Shown piece by piece: positions 12,969-24,610 of a stretch of DNA of 63,268 nucleotides; within the stretch, counting starts at the first letter, position 1; each line of letters begins with the position of its first letter. Origin of the DNA: Chiloscyllium plagiosum (Eukaryota); the NCBI RefSeq assembly GCF_004010195.1, contig NC_057720.1:8210615-8273882 (forward strand). Reading direction: 5' to 3'. The translations under genes were made by a program, and so were the position numbers. The notes below the pieces were generated by a model. The model saw nothing but the letters and a program-made list of their open reading frames with translations, was not told the DNA's origin and did no database searches.

Positions 12969-13399
12969 CCTGATCTATGTCAACTAGAAGTACAGGGACC
13001 TATATACAAGAGATCAGTGTCTGCTCACAGCTCCCCCTCACTGACTGGGACTTTTCATTTGTGGTGCAAGCCTAGAAGTTTTTTTCTTGAGCAGATGGCA
13101 GAATTTTTTTATTCCTTCTTAAGGTATGAACATCCCTGGCCAGGGCAGTAATTGTTTCCCATCGTGGTAGGCGTTGAGCTGATCAACTCTCTGGGTAATT
13201 TCAGAGGGTAGTTAAAGTTGACAATATTGCTGTTGGTCTTTCTCTTTCCATGGGATGTGGGCATTGCTGGCTGTGCTGCATTGATTTGCCATCCATAGTT
13301 ACCCTTGAGAGGTTGGTGGTGAGCCATCTTCTTGAGTCACTGCAGCCCATGTGGTTTGGATTGACCAAAAAGTAAAAGATCAAAGTGTTATATAACTGA

Positions 13400-13640
13400 T
13401 GCGATGTATTGAAAAAACCTAGATTGCTGTTAAGTCTTTAATCACTTAGAATGGCGATGCAGGTTTCAATTGATTATTATGTAAATCCCAGAACTTCTTT
13501 CAAATCACAATCCCTGGACAACTTAAGGTCTTATCACTATAAACAAAGAGGTGACATCTCAGCTCAGACAATGCATTAAACCTGTGAGGTTAGAGCCTGT
13601 CCTGTTGGACTATAACCTGGTGTTGTGTGATTTTTAACTG
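13400..13640. mobile_element. PLE family B fragment
   Basis: Ends in cctgttggactataacctggtgttgtgtgatttttaact, identical to 22686-22724. The upstream extent is uncertain. Confidence 0.6.
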
Positions 13641-15149
13641 AATTAATAGTATTTAACTGCAATGTCACTGTATCACCAACTAACCATTTCACCAGGGTCT
13701 TCATTCCATGGGCTGACTCCTCGTTTTACTCAAACTCCAGCGATCATGCAATTGTCAAGTGGAGTTCCCAGAATGATGGCCAGTGGCCAAAATTTCTCTG
13801 GGCAGATCCAAGCAAGACAAATCTGTTCAGCTGTCTCAGTAAAAAACAGTGATTGAGTATGGGGTCCTCCTGGTTGCGTGGATCAGTCAATCTTCAGTGA
13901 AAATGCTGCAACAGTTGATGTTGAGGGAGACGTGAGAAGGATCGAGGTAATCACTTAGGATGGAGACAGAGGCAGTTAGCTTTACCTGGCAGCAGATTTA
14001 TGTACGCAGTGCTAAAGGCATCAGGTAAAAAAAATCTGAAGCACATTCATGATGCGAACAGGAAAGCATAAAAATGAATCTCGGTGTGTCACAGAGGAGA
14101 AAGGAAGAGACAGAGTGTAATGAACTATAATTTCCCCACTTATATCCCTTCATTATTACTAATCTGTTTTCCGGGGAAAAAAACAGAGCAAATTAGTTCA
14201 TGCCACTGTAAGATTTGTGGAAACAAGAAACAAGCTTAAAATTAGTTAGCAACTGTCCTCATTCATCTTGTCAGTGCTCTGTACTATGAAGAAAATGGTT
14301 GCTGAAAGTGCGCCACGCAAACCTGTTGGATTCCAAGATTAGGATAATGGGAAAGTGTCTCCTGGGAGACCAGTCTGGGTGCACCCAAGATCTAAAACAA
14401 TGTCAGCTGGCTCTCAAGAAGACAAAGAGTGTGTTTAGCATTCTATTCCCGCCCAATAACTTAATAGCACACTTTAGTCTCAGTGCAGTTAATTAGTTAA
14501 CTTGAAGCTTATAGACAACCAGTGAACCAAAGGCAGGAACTACCACTTTCGAGAGGTTAGGGTTCAAGGGTCATGGCTACGTTACATTCAGGCGAAAATT
14601 TGACCTTTCAGAGGAAAGGGATTGGGACAAAGAGAAAATAGCGTAGAAATAGGAACGTCTCTGCCAAATGTCCGCCAGCATCTCTTAATTGCCTCTCACA
14701 TCAGATATTCACAAGAAAAACTGAACACTCATTATTTGAGCATTTAAAGCTGTTCAAACCACATACTGGTCATTTTTCAAAGCAATGCATTTCTGCGGCT
14801 TGCCCATTAGTGGAAATTGCTGGGAAATTGTTACTATTCAGATGATATCTCACCAGCAGGATGCGCTGAAATAGTATTTATCCAGTCCCACGTTCTTTTT
14901 AATCTTTCCCCCGGGAAAGGGTGGGGGTGGTGGATGAAGAATGGGGGGAATAGGTCAAGATATAGTTAGCCACGACACACAAGAGATGCTTTCACAGAAC
15001 CCTGCACACTATTCCCAAAGTTGACTACAATCTTAAATATAAATAGCATGACTTATGAGGGAAGATATTATAGGCCAATAATATTAAGGGTCTGCCAATC
15101 TGCTGCAGGATTGCATCACCTTCGGTTCTGATAAGCTAACCACAGAGAG

Positions 15150-17790
15150 CATAGAGACATAGAGTCATGGAGCTGTACAGCACGGAAACAGACCCTTCAG
15201 TCCAACTCGTCCAAACCGACCGGATATCCGAAACTAATCAATTCCCATTTGCCAGTATCTGGTCCATATCCATCTAAACTCTTCCCATTCATACCCATCC
15301 AGATGCCTTTTAAATGCTATAATTGTATCAGCATCAACCACTTCCTCTGGCTGCTCATTTCATACACGCACCACCCTCTGTGTGAAAAAGGTGCCCCTTG
15401 GGTCCCTTTTAAATCTTTCCCCAATCAGCTTAAACCTGCGCCCTCTGGTTTTAGGCTCCCCCATCCCAAGGAAAAGACCCTGTCTATTTATCCTACCCAT
15501 GCCCCTCATGATTTTACAAACCTCTCTGTGGTTAGCTTATCAGAACCGAAGGTGATGCAATCCTGCAGCAGATTGGCAGACCTTTTACAAACCCCTCAGC
15601 CTCTGTTGCCCCAGGGAAAACGGCACCAGCCTATTTAGCCTCTCCCTATAGCTGAAAACCTCTAACCCTGGCAATATCCTTGTAAATTTTTTCTGAGCCC
15701 TTTCAAGTTTCACAACATCATTCATATAGCATGGAGACTAGAATTCAATGCATTATTCCAAAAGTGTTCTAACCAATGTCCTGTACATGACTGCAACATG
15801 ACCTTAGCTTCCAACCTCATAGTCCAGGAAACCCACTCTGCCCGGTTCTACCTCCTTCCCAAGATCCACAAGCCTGACCACCCTGGCTGACCCACTGTCT
15901 CAGCATGCTCCTGTCCGACTGAACTCATCTCTACCTACCTTGACACTGTCCTATCCCCCCGAGTCCAGGAACTCCCCACATACGTTCGAGACATCACCCA
16001 CGCCCTCCACCTCCTCCAAGACTTCTGTTTCCCCGGCCCCCAACACCTCATCTTCACCATGGATATCCAATCCCTCTACATCTCCATCCGCCATGACCAG
16101 GGCCNNNNNNNNNNNNNNNNNNNNNNNNNNNNNNNNNNNNNNNNNNNNNNNNNNNNNNNNNNNNNNNNNNNNNNNNNNNNNNNNNNNNNNNNNNNNNNNN
16201 NNNNNNNNNNNNNNNNNNNNNNNNNNNNNNNNNNNNNNNNNNNNNNNNNNNNNNNNNNNNNNNNNNNNNNNNNNNNNNNNNNNNNNNNNNNNNNNNNNNN
16301 NNNNNNNNNNNNNNNNNNNNNNNNNNNNNNNNNNNNNNNNNNNNNNNNNNNNNNNNNNNNNNNNNNNNNNNNNNNNNNNNNNNNNNNNNNNNNNNNNNNN
16401 NNNNNNNNNNNNNNNNNNNNNNNNNNNNNNNNNNNNNNNNNNNNNNNNNNNNNNNNNNNNNNNNNNNNNNNNNNNNNNNNNNNNNNNNNNNNNNNNNNNN
16501 NNNNNNNNNNNNNNNNNNNNNNNNNNNNNNNNNNNNNNNNNNNNNNNNNNNNNNNNNNNNNNNNNNNNNNNNNNNNNNNNNNNNNNNNNNNNNNNNNNNN
16601 NNNNNNNNNNNNNNNNNNNNNNNNNNNNNNNNNNNNNNNNNNNNNNNNNNNNNNNNNNNNNNNNNNNNNNNNNNNNNNNNNNNNNNNNNNNNNNNNNNNN
16701 NNNNNNNNNNNNNNNNNNNNNNNNNNNNNNNNNNNNNNNNNNNNNNNNNNNNNNNNNNNNNNNNNNNNNNNNNNNNNNNNNNNNNNNNNNNNNNNNNNNN
16801 NNNNNNNNNNNNNNNNNNNNNNNNNNNNNNNNNNNNNNNNNNNNNNNNNNNNNNNNNNNNNNNNNNNNNNNNNNNNNNNNNNNNNNNNNNNNNNNNNNNN
16901 NNNNNNNNNNNNNNNNNNNNNNNNNNNNNNNNNNNNNNNNNNNNNNNNNNNNNNNNNNNNNNNNNNNNNNNNNNNNNNNNNNNNNNNNNNNNNNNNNNNN
17001 NNNNNNNNNNNNNNNNNNNNNNNNNNNNNNNCACTGTCCCCATGACTTGTCCTACCTGCCCCCACTCTTCTATTGTACTCTATGCTACTTTCTCCCTACC
17101 CCCACCCTCCTCTAGCTTATCTCTCCACGCTTCAGGCTCTCTACCTTTATTCCTGATGAAGGGCTTTTGCCTGAAACATTGATTTTACTGCTCCTTGGAT
17201 GCTGCCTGAATTGCTGTGCTCTTCCAGCACCACTAATCCAGAATCTGGTTTCCAGCATCTGCAGTCATTGTTTTTACCATGCGAAACATAACCTCCCAAC
17301 TCCAACATTCACTGCACTGACCAACAAAGAACAGTATACTAAACACTTCTTTCACTATCCAGTCTACTTGGGACTCCACTTTCAAGATTAGATTAGATTA
17401 GATTAGATTCCCTACAGTATGGAAACAGTCCCTTCGGCCAAACCAGTCCACATCGATCCTATGAACCTGCACTCCAAGATCTCTTTATATTCAACAACAC
17501 TCCCCAGGACCTGACCATGAAATGTGTAAGTCCTGCCCTGATTTCCCTATCCAAACTGCAGCATTTTTATCTAATTAAACTTCATCTGCCAGTCCTTGGT
17601 CCACCAGACCATCTGATCAAGGTCCTGTTGTACTCTGAAGTAATCTTATTCACTGTCCACTACACCTCCAATTTTGGTATAATCTGAAAATGTACTAACT
17701 ATACTTCCTATGTTCACATCCAAATCATTTATATAAATGACAAAGAGCAGTGGACCCAGCACAGATTCTTGTGGCATGCTGCTGGTCACA
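15150..17790 (-). mobile_element. CR1 3' portion interrupted by a templated insertion, a PLE and a SINE tail
   Basis: Tail at 15150. RT motifs PQESVLGPLLFVIYINDLD..STFSDYTK lie at 17646-17790. The sequence resumes at 17281 after the PLE. Confidence 0.85.
15805..17280 (+). mobile_element. 5'-truncated PLE family A (RT, N gap, terminal module)
   Basis: ARFYLLPKIHKPDHPG..VSACSCPTELIS...TMDIQSLY. Terminal module has ctgatgaagggcttttgcctgaaa at about 17153-17177. Probable TSD aacat(g/a)acct. Confidence 0.9.
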
Positions 17791-17799
17791 GTCGTGCCA

Positions 17800-18270
17800 C
17801 TTGGAGTACTGTGAGCAAACCTGGGCACCCCACATTCGGAAGGACTGTTCCTGGTAGGATTTTAATGTAGGATAATACCTGAACTTCAGGAGTTAAGTTA
17901 TGAGGAGAGATTATATAAATTAAGCCTGTTTTCTCTTGAATTCAGAAGGTTCAAGGGTGTTCTGATTGAAATCTTCAGAACAATAACAGAAAAAGACGGG
18001 ATAGATGTAGATAAAGTATTTCCACTGTTTGGGGATTCGAGAACAGGGTTCATAGTCTCAGATTTGGTGTCAAACTGTTTAGGAGAGATGTTGGGAAGCA
18101 TTTATACATACAAAGGGTGGTAGTGTATGAAACTCTTCCACAAACGGCAGTAGATGCTGGGATACGAGATAGGTACATTTTTGCTCAGGAAAGGTATGAA
18201 AGGATATGGGCGAAAGTTAGGCCATGATTTTATTGAATGATGTAACAGGCTTGAATTGCCTACATCCAAT
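17800..18270 (+). mobile_element. CR1 3' fragment
   Basis: YEERLYKLSLFSLEFRRFKGVLIEIF-type segment. Confidence 0.75.
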
Positions 18271-18394
18271 GTTACCAAGCTGGGCATAGTAATTGGCATC
18301 TGACATGGACCTGATACTTCGAAGAATGCTGTGCATGTGGAATACCCTCAGCATGAAAGTCTCCTCTTACTCACACTTTGGATCGTACAGACGT

Positions 18395-19080
18395 CCAGGC
18401 TAATATTCTGGAGACATGAGTTCAAATTCCACCAGAGTGACTGTTGGAATATGAATAAGTATGGGAAATAAAGCTAGTCTCCATAACGGTGGCCATGAAA
18501 TCACCAATGATTGAGATAAAAACCAATGATTGTTCAAGATGAATAGCTTCATTGATATTAACACTATTAATCTGGAAACTCTGTGAATGTTTTGGAAATG
18601 TTCTGTTTGAATTAGAGTCATAGAGATGTACAGCATGAAAACAGACCCTTCGGTTCAACTTGTCCATGCAGACCATATATCCCAACCCAATCTAGTCCCA
18701 CCTGCCAGCACCTGGCCCATATCCCTCCAAACCCTTCCTATTCATATATCCATCCAAGTGCCTTTTAAATGTTGCAATTGTACCAGCCTCCACATCACAG
18801 CTGACGGTAGAATTTGAATTCAAAACAAATCTGGAATTAAGAATCTACTGATGACCATAAAACTATTGCCAGAAAAACCCATCTGACTCACTAATATCCT
18901 TCAGGGAATGAAATCTGCCATCCTCACCTGGTCTGGCTGACGTGTGAGTCCAGACCCACAGCAATGTGGTTGACTCTCAACTACCCTCTGAAATGGCTGT
19001 GCAAGCCATTCATTTTAAGGACAATCAGGGATGACAAACAGACCTCGCCAGTGAGACCTTCATCCCATGAAAGAATATAG
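18395..19080 (+). mobile_element. SINE family E remnants separated by a minus-strand CR1 tail (18613-18793)
   Basis: Family E body at 18395-18560 and 18800-19080, with a gagtcatagagatgtacagc tail between them. Confidence 0.7.
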
Positions 19081-19099
19081 AAAAAGAAAATCTCAAAGG

Positions 19100-20190
19100 G
19101 GGCTGGAGAAATTCAGCAGGTCTGGCAGCATCTGTGGGGTGGGAAACATTTCAAGTCTGGTATGCCTCTTCCTCAGAACTGAAAGTGTTGCATAATTTTT
19201 TTTTAATGGTTTTGACAGAGGCAGGGAGAGTGACAAAGATGCAGGTGTATTGAGGTCCACTACAAAAGTCAAGGGGTTGGTGAAAGAGAAAAAGAGATGT
19301 GAAATGGGTCTAAATTAAGGTGTGAAAGGAGGAGAATGGGCCCTCTCTACTAAGAGTCGAGAGTGTGGTGCTGGAAGAGCACAGCAGATCAGGCAGCATC
19401 CGAGGAGCAGGAGAGTCGATGTTTTGGACATAAGCCTTTCACTAGGATGTTGCCTGACCTGCTGTGCTTTTCCAGCACCACACCCTCGACTCTGATGTCC
19501 AGCATCTGCAGTCCTCATTTTCTCCTCTCTACCAAGAGCACAGTAAACAAGATGCAGAGACGACAAGGGAGGGGTAGAGAGAGAATGTGAGACAAATGGA
19601 ACAGATATAATTCCGAGGAGAAAGTGAGGAGTGCAGATGCTGGAGATCAGAGTTAAAAAGTGTGGCGCTGGAAAAGCACACACATAACGCAGTAACTTTG
19701 GTGTCCTTCCTCAAGGTTGCATTGTGCTTCACTGGAACTTTGCAGAAGGCCCAGGACACGGGTGTTAACATAAGAGCAAGGTGGTTTATTGAAATTGTGG
19801 TGTTGGAAAAACACAGCAGGTCAGGCAGCATCTGAAGAGCAGGAGAATCAATGTTTTGGGCATAAGCCCTTCATCAGGAAGAGAATCATTCCTGATGAAG
19901 GGCGTATGCCTGAAACGTCAATTGTCCTGCTCCTCGGATGCTGCCTGACCTGCTGTGCTTTTCCAGCACCACACTCTCGACTCTGAGCGCCAGCATCTGC
20001 AGTCCTCCCTTTCTCCTGGTTTATTGAAACGGCAAGCAAATGGGAGGTCAGGGTCATTCCTATGGACAGAGTGGAAGTGTTCTGCAAGGTGGTCAGTAAT
20101 CTGTATTTGGTCTGGTCAATATAAAAAAAGACCGCACTGTGAGCAGAAAATGCAGTAGGCTAGATTGCGTGACGCACAAGTGAAAAGAAA
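19100..20190 (-). mobile_element. Old PLE family D 3' part hosting three family A insertions
   Basis: Antisense FTCASRNLAYCIFCSQCGLFLY (decayed GIY-YIG) at 20116-20190 and the D module at 19100-19182. Family A inserts sit at 19357-19523 (TSD cctctctacYaagag), 19617-19682, and 19795-20016 (TSD tggtttattgaaa). Confidence 0.8.
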
Positions 20191-21854
20191 AAAAAAAGTG
20201 CCAACTTGGAGCTCTGTCACATGGTTACTTGTCCAGTGCCTGGGACTGCTACCTCTCTCCATCGACAGTGGGAGCCCCAGGCCTAAGCAATTGCAACACT
20301 GAGGGCAATGTGGATGCATCTGCCTGGTTTATATCACAACAGACTAAATTTGAATCTGTATTAAAATGGATCTTGCTAAAATATTGGTTACAACTTGTGT
20401 TCAAGTTGAGAAAATACACAGTGATATAAAAACAGTTAAAAGAAAATTAAAATAGCAAATTCAAAACTAATTAAATAAAATAAGGATGGAGGGTCGGGTG
20501 TCGTGTTGTTTCTGCATGATGTGGGAGCTGGTGGACCCCACTGTGGTTCCCAGTGACCAGGTCTGTACTAAATGTTGGTTGCTTAAGGAACTCCAGCACA
20601 GAGTCAAACGTGACACATTAGGGAGGCAGGGAGTTACCTGGATGCTGTGTTTCAGGAGACAGTCACACCTCTTAGACTAACTAACTCAAATTTGGTCAGT
20701 GGTCAGGGACAGGAGGGTGTGGCTGTGAGTGAGGCAGGTAGAGGGATCCAGGAGGAAGAGATGCAGGAGCCTCAGTCCCTGTCCTTGTCTGACAGGTTCA
20801 AGAGTTTTGCTCCCTGTGTGAACAGGAATGGGGACTGCAGGGAGGATGAGCCGACTGACTGCAGCACCATGGTGCAGGGAGCTATTCAAGTGGGGAGAGA
20901 GATGGAAAATGTTGTTGTATTTGAGGAGAGTATATTTTGAGGCATAGACCAGGATCAAGAGTCGTGAAGGTTGTGTTGCCTACTCGAGTTCGGGATATCT
21001 CATCTGGGCTGCAGGGAAACATGGAGTGGGAGGGGAAAAATCCAGTGGTCATGGCCCACATAGGTACCAATGACATGGATAAAACGAGGGCAGAGGTTCT
21101 GCGAAGGGAATATGAACAGTGAGGAGCTAAATTAAGAACAGAATCAAAAAGGTAATAATCTCAGGATTACTGCCTGAGCCACAAGGTAATTGGCACAGGG
21201 TCAATAAGATTAAGCAGGTAAATGCAAAGCTTGAAGATTGGTGTGGTACAACTAGGTTTGAATTCATGGGACATTGGCACCAGTATTGGGGAAGAAGGAA
21301 CCTGTTCTGATGGGATGGTCTTCATCTAAACCGTGCTGGGACCAGAGTCCTCGCGAATCACGTAACTAGGGCCATAGACAAGGCTTTAAACTAAATGGGG
21401 GCGGGTGGGGGGGGGGGGGCGTTTCAGTTATAGGGGAAATTAGAAAACCCAGATGAAAGGAGGAAGTAAGAGTGCAGGTTAGCAATGTGGCAAATGGTTA
21501 ACAAACAATAAAGATGTGGACAGAGCAGGTAAATACCTTTATGCACCAAGGAATTATAAAAAATGTCAGGAAATTTACCAGTGAAACTAATTGAAAATCT
21601 TTGTATCTATCTTCACGAAACATTCAAAATAAAGTGGATGAACGAATCATGCAGATAGATGTCAAAGGGTGTGATATAATTGGGATTATGGAGACATGGC
21701 TGCAGGGTGACCAGGGATGGGGACTGAATTCGGTATTCAGGAAGGACAGGTGAAAAGGAAAAAGTGGTGCAGTGGTATTGCTGGTTAAAGAGGAAGTTAA
21801 CACAATCATGAGAAAGGGTATTAGCTCTGACAATGTGGAGTCTGAATGGGTTAA

Positions 21855-22294
21855 GAGGTCATCTCCTCTGCCCTAAAGCTCTTCAGCCACGTCCTGAAGA
21901 TGCCAGCTTGCGGATCATTTCAGAGAAAATCTCTGGGACCGCACCAACCAACCACACTGCCCATGGCTGATCACGTCAACCCTTTCAACTCGGCATCACC
22001 CTCTTGACGTGTCTATCCTCTTTCCCATCTATCAGCTCCAACCTCCTCCCCAACCTGTCACGTTCTCCCCCACCTCCATCTACCTATTGCATTCCCAGCT
22101 ACCTTGCCCCCAGCCCCAACCCCTCCCATTTATCTCTCAGCCCCCTTGGCCCACAAGCCTCATTCCTGATGAAGGACTTATGCCTGAAATTCTCCTGCTC
22201 CTTGGATGCTGCCTGACCTGCTGTGATTTTCCAGCACCACACTCTCAACTCTGATCTCTAGCATCTGCAGTCCTCATTTTCTCCCACTTCCTCC
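21855..22294 (+). mobile_element. PLE family A deleted 3' copy nested in the CR1 endonuclease
   Basis: Terminal module at 22163-22285. The CR1 frame ESEWV / ELRKTKGQKTIVGVIY resumes after it. Confidence 0.8.
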
Positions 22295-22570
22295 TTGAGC
22301 TGAGAAAAACCAAGGGACAAAAAACAATAGTGGGTGTCATATATAGATTCCCAAACTGCAGTGGTGATGTTGGGAAAAACGTTAAGCAGGAAATTAGTGT
22401 TCATGAGATAAGGGAATATTGACGATCATGGGTGATTTTAATCTGCACACAGATTGGGCAAATCCAATTAGCCACAACGTCATAGAGAAGGAATTCCTGG
22501 AATGTATATAGGATGGTTTTCTTGACCAATACACAAAGGAGCAGACTCGAGAACAGGCCATCCTAGAGTG

Positions 22571-22729
22571 ATTCGGAGATGCCGGTGTTGGACTGGGGTG
22601 TACAAAGTTAAAAATCACACAACACCAGGTTATAGTCAGGTGATGAAGGCGCGTCGCTCCGAAAGCTAGTGTACTTCCAATTAAACCTGTTGGACTATAA
22701 CCTGGTGTTGTGTGATTTTTAACTTTGTA
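22571..22729. mobile_element. Palindromic PLE family B insertion
   Basis: Inverted arms (tgtacaaagttaaaaatcacacaacaccaggttatagtc) flanked by a 12-bp TSD catcctagagtg (22559-22570, 22730-22741). Confidence 0.9.
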
Positions 22730-24071
22730 CATCCTAGAGTGGGTATTGTGTAACGAGAAGGAAATCATTGCCAATCTAGCTGTGTGAGACTGCTTGGGAA
22801 TGAACGACCGTAACATGATAGAATTCTTTTTATTAAGGTGGAGAGTGAGATAGTTTATTTGGAGATGAGTGTGCTGAATATTAATAAAGGAAACTATGAA
22901 GATACACGCGTGAGTTGGCTTTGATAGTTTGAGCAGAGTGACTTAAAGAGATGACAGTGGATAGGCAATGGCAAACATTCAAGGAATGCCTGGGGAACTG
23001 TAATAACTGTTTATTCCGGTCTGAGACAAAAGCAAAATGGGTAAGAGGGCCAATCCATGGATTACAAAGGAAATTAGAGATAGTATCTGTTCCAAGAATG
23101 AAGCATAAAATTGGCCAAGAAAAATAATAGATCTGAAGATTGGGGGCAGTTTAAAATTCAGCAAAGAAGCACCAAGGGATTGATTAAGAAGGGGAAAATA
23201 CAGTAAGCTTGCAGGGAATATAAAATTGACACTAAGAGTTTCTCTCGGTACGTGAAGACAAAGAGATTAGTGAATACAAATGTAGGTTCTCTCTCGACAG
23301 AAACTAGGGAATGTATAATGGCAGACAATGAAATGGCTCTGTCTTCATAAAAGAGGACACAGATTAGATACCAGAAATGTTGGAGAATGCAAGATTTAGG
23401 GAGGGAGAAAAACTGAGTGAGATCAATATTAGTAGGGAAATGGTGCTGGAAAAATTGAGGGGATTGAAGGTGGATAACTCCCAGAGCCTGATAATCTACA
23501 AGCCAGAGTACTTAAGGAAGTGGCTCTAGAAATAGTGGATGCATTGGTGGTCATCTTCCAGGATTCAATTGACTCTGGAAGAGTCCCTGCAGATTGGAGG
23601 GTAGTTAATGTTACTCCAATATTCAAAAAGCGAGGTAGAGAGAAACCAGGGAATTATAGACCAGTAAGCCTAACATCATCAGTGGGGAAAATTCTCGAAT
23701 CCATTATCAAGGATTTTATAGTGGAGCATTTCAAAAGAAGTGGCAGGATCAGTCAGAGTCAGCATGATTTTATGAAGGGGAAATCATGCTTGACAAATCT
23801 GTTGGAATTCTCTGAAGATGTAACTGGTGGAGCTGACAAGGGGGGCCCTGTCAATGTGGTATATTTGGGCTTCTAGAAAGCATTTTAACAAAGTCCCACA
23901 TAAGAGATTATTGTGCAAGATTAAAGTGCATGGGGTTGGGAGCAATGTATTGAGATAGATTGGTTGGCAGAGAGGAAACAACCAGTCAGGATTAATGGGT
24001 CCTTTTCAAATTGGCAGGCAGCACCTACTGGGGTGCCACAGGGATCTGTGCACTCATGCTTCTCTCTCACT

Positions 24072-24195
24072 TCACCTGACGAAGGAGCAGTGCTCAGAAA
24101 GATTGGGATTTCAAATTAACTTGTTGGACTATAAACTGGTGTTGTTTGACTTCTGAACTTGTCCACCCCAGTCCAACACCAGTACCTCCACATCA
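24072..24195 (+). mobile_element. PLE family B solo module with hammerhead-like motif
   Basis: tcac CTGACGA a ggagc agt gctca GAAA ga tt ggga. Confidence 0.8.
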
Positions 24196-24384
24196 TTGCA
24201 TTAATACAGCACCTTTCATGATCACTTGACATCTTCAATCAATGAAGTTCTTTTGAAGGTACAATTATAATGCAATGGACTCTAATTTGCTCATAGCACA
24301 AAAAATACTTGAAATTGATCAGATAAATTGTTTTTTGTGATGCTGGTTAAGGCACAAATGTTAGTCAGGGCACTTGGGATAACC
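24196..24384 (-). mobile_element. DeuSINE-like (SacSINE1/AmnSINE-type) 3' relic
   Basis: Antisense match to 51170-51390; resembles the Deu-domain and tail consensus as I recall it. Confidence 0.55.
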
Positions 24385-24610
24385 TGGGAGAAAGTGAGGA
24401 CTGCAGATGTTGGAGACCAGAGTTGAAAAGTGTGGTGCTGGAAAAGCGCAGCAGGCCAGGCAGCATCCGAGGAGCAGGAGACTCGATATTTCGGGCATAA
24501 GCCCTTCTTCGGGCATAAGCCTTTCCTGAAGAAGGGCTTATGCCCGAAACGTCGATTTTCCTGCTCCTCGGATGCTGCCTGGCCTGCTGCACTTTTCCAG
24601 CACCACACTG
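24385..24610. mobile_element. Palindromic PLE family A insertion, young
   Basis: Nearly perfect inverted arms, stem II duplicated at the centre, and TSD gggataacc (24376-24384, 24611-24619). Confidence 0.9.
24523..24557 (+). ncRNA. Minimal type-I hammerhead ribozyme motif (best-preserved copy)
   Basis: CTGAAGA (24526-24532), extra A, stem II gggc-ttat-gccc, GAAA (24546-24549), cg, then TC with predicted cleavage after 24553. Stem I is short and activity is untested. Confidence 0.65.

Larger units (their letters stand above)
20200..24050 (+). mobile_element. Near-complete decayed CR1 LINE (ORF1 zinc finger and SGNH esterase; ORF2 APE endonuclease and RT, 3'-truncated)
   Basis: ORF1: C-x2-C...C-x2-C (20486-20600), HIGTND (about 21057-21074) and WDGLHLN (about 21310-21330). 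ORF2: IIGIMETW, MGDFN, PGNYRPVSLTS, KGKSCLTNLLEF and GVPQGSV. Many stops and frameshifts. Confidence 0.9.

Noticed and set aside
15940..17115. Long ORFs containing X runs (also 44571-45398 and 58951-59682)
   Set aside because: They are artefacts of N gaps (16105-17031, 44882-45216, about 58978-59656), which all lie in young repeats.
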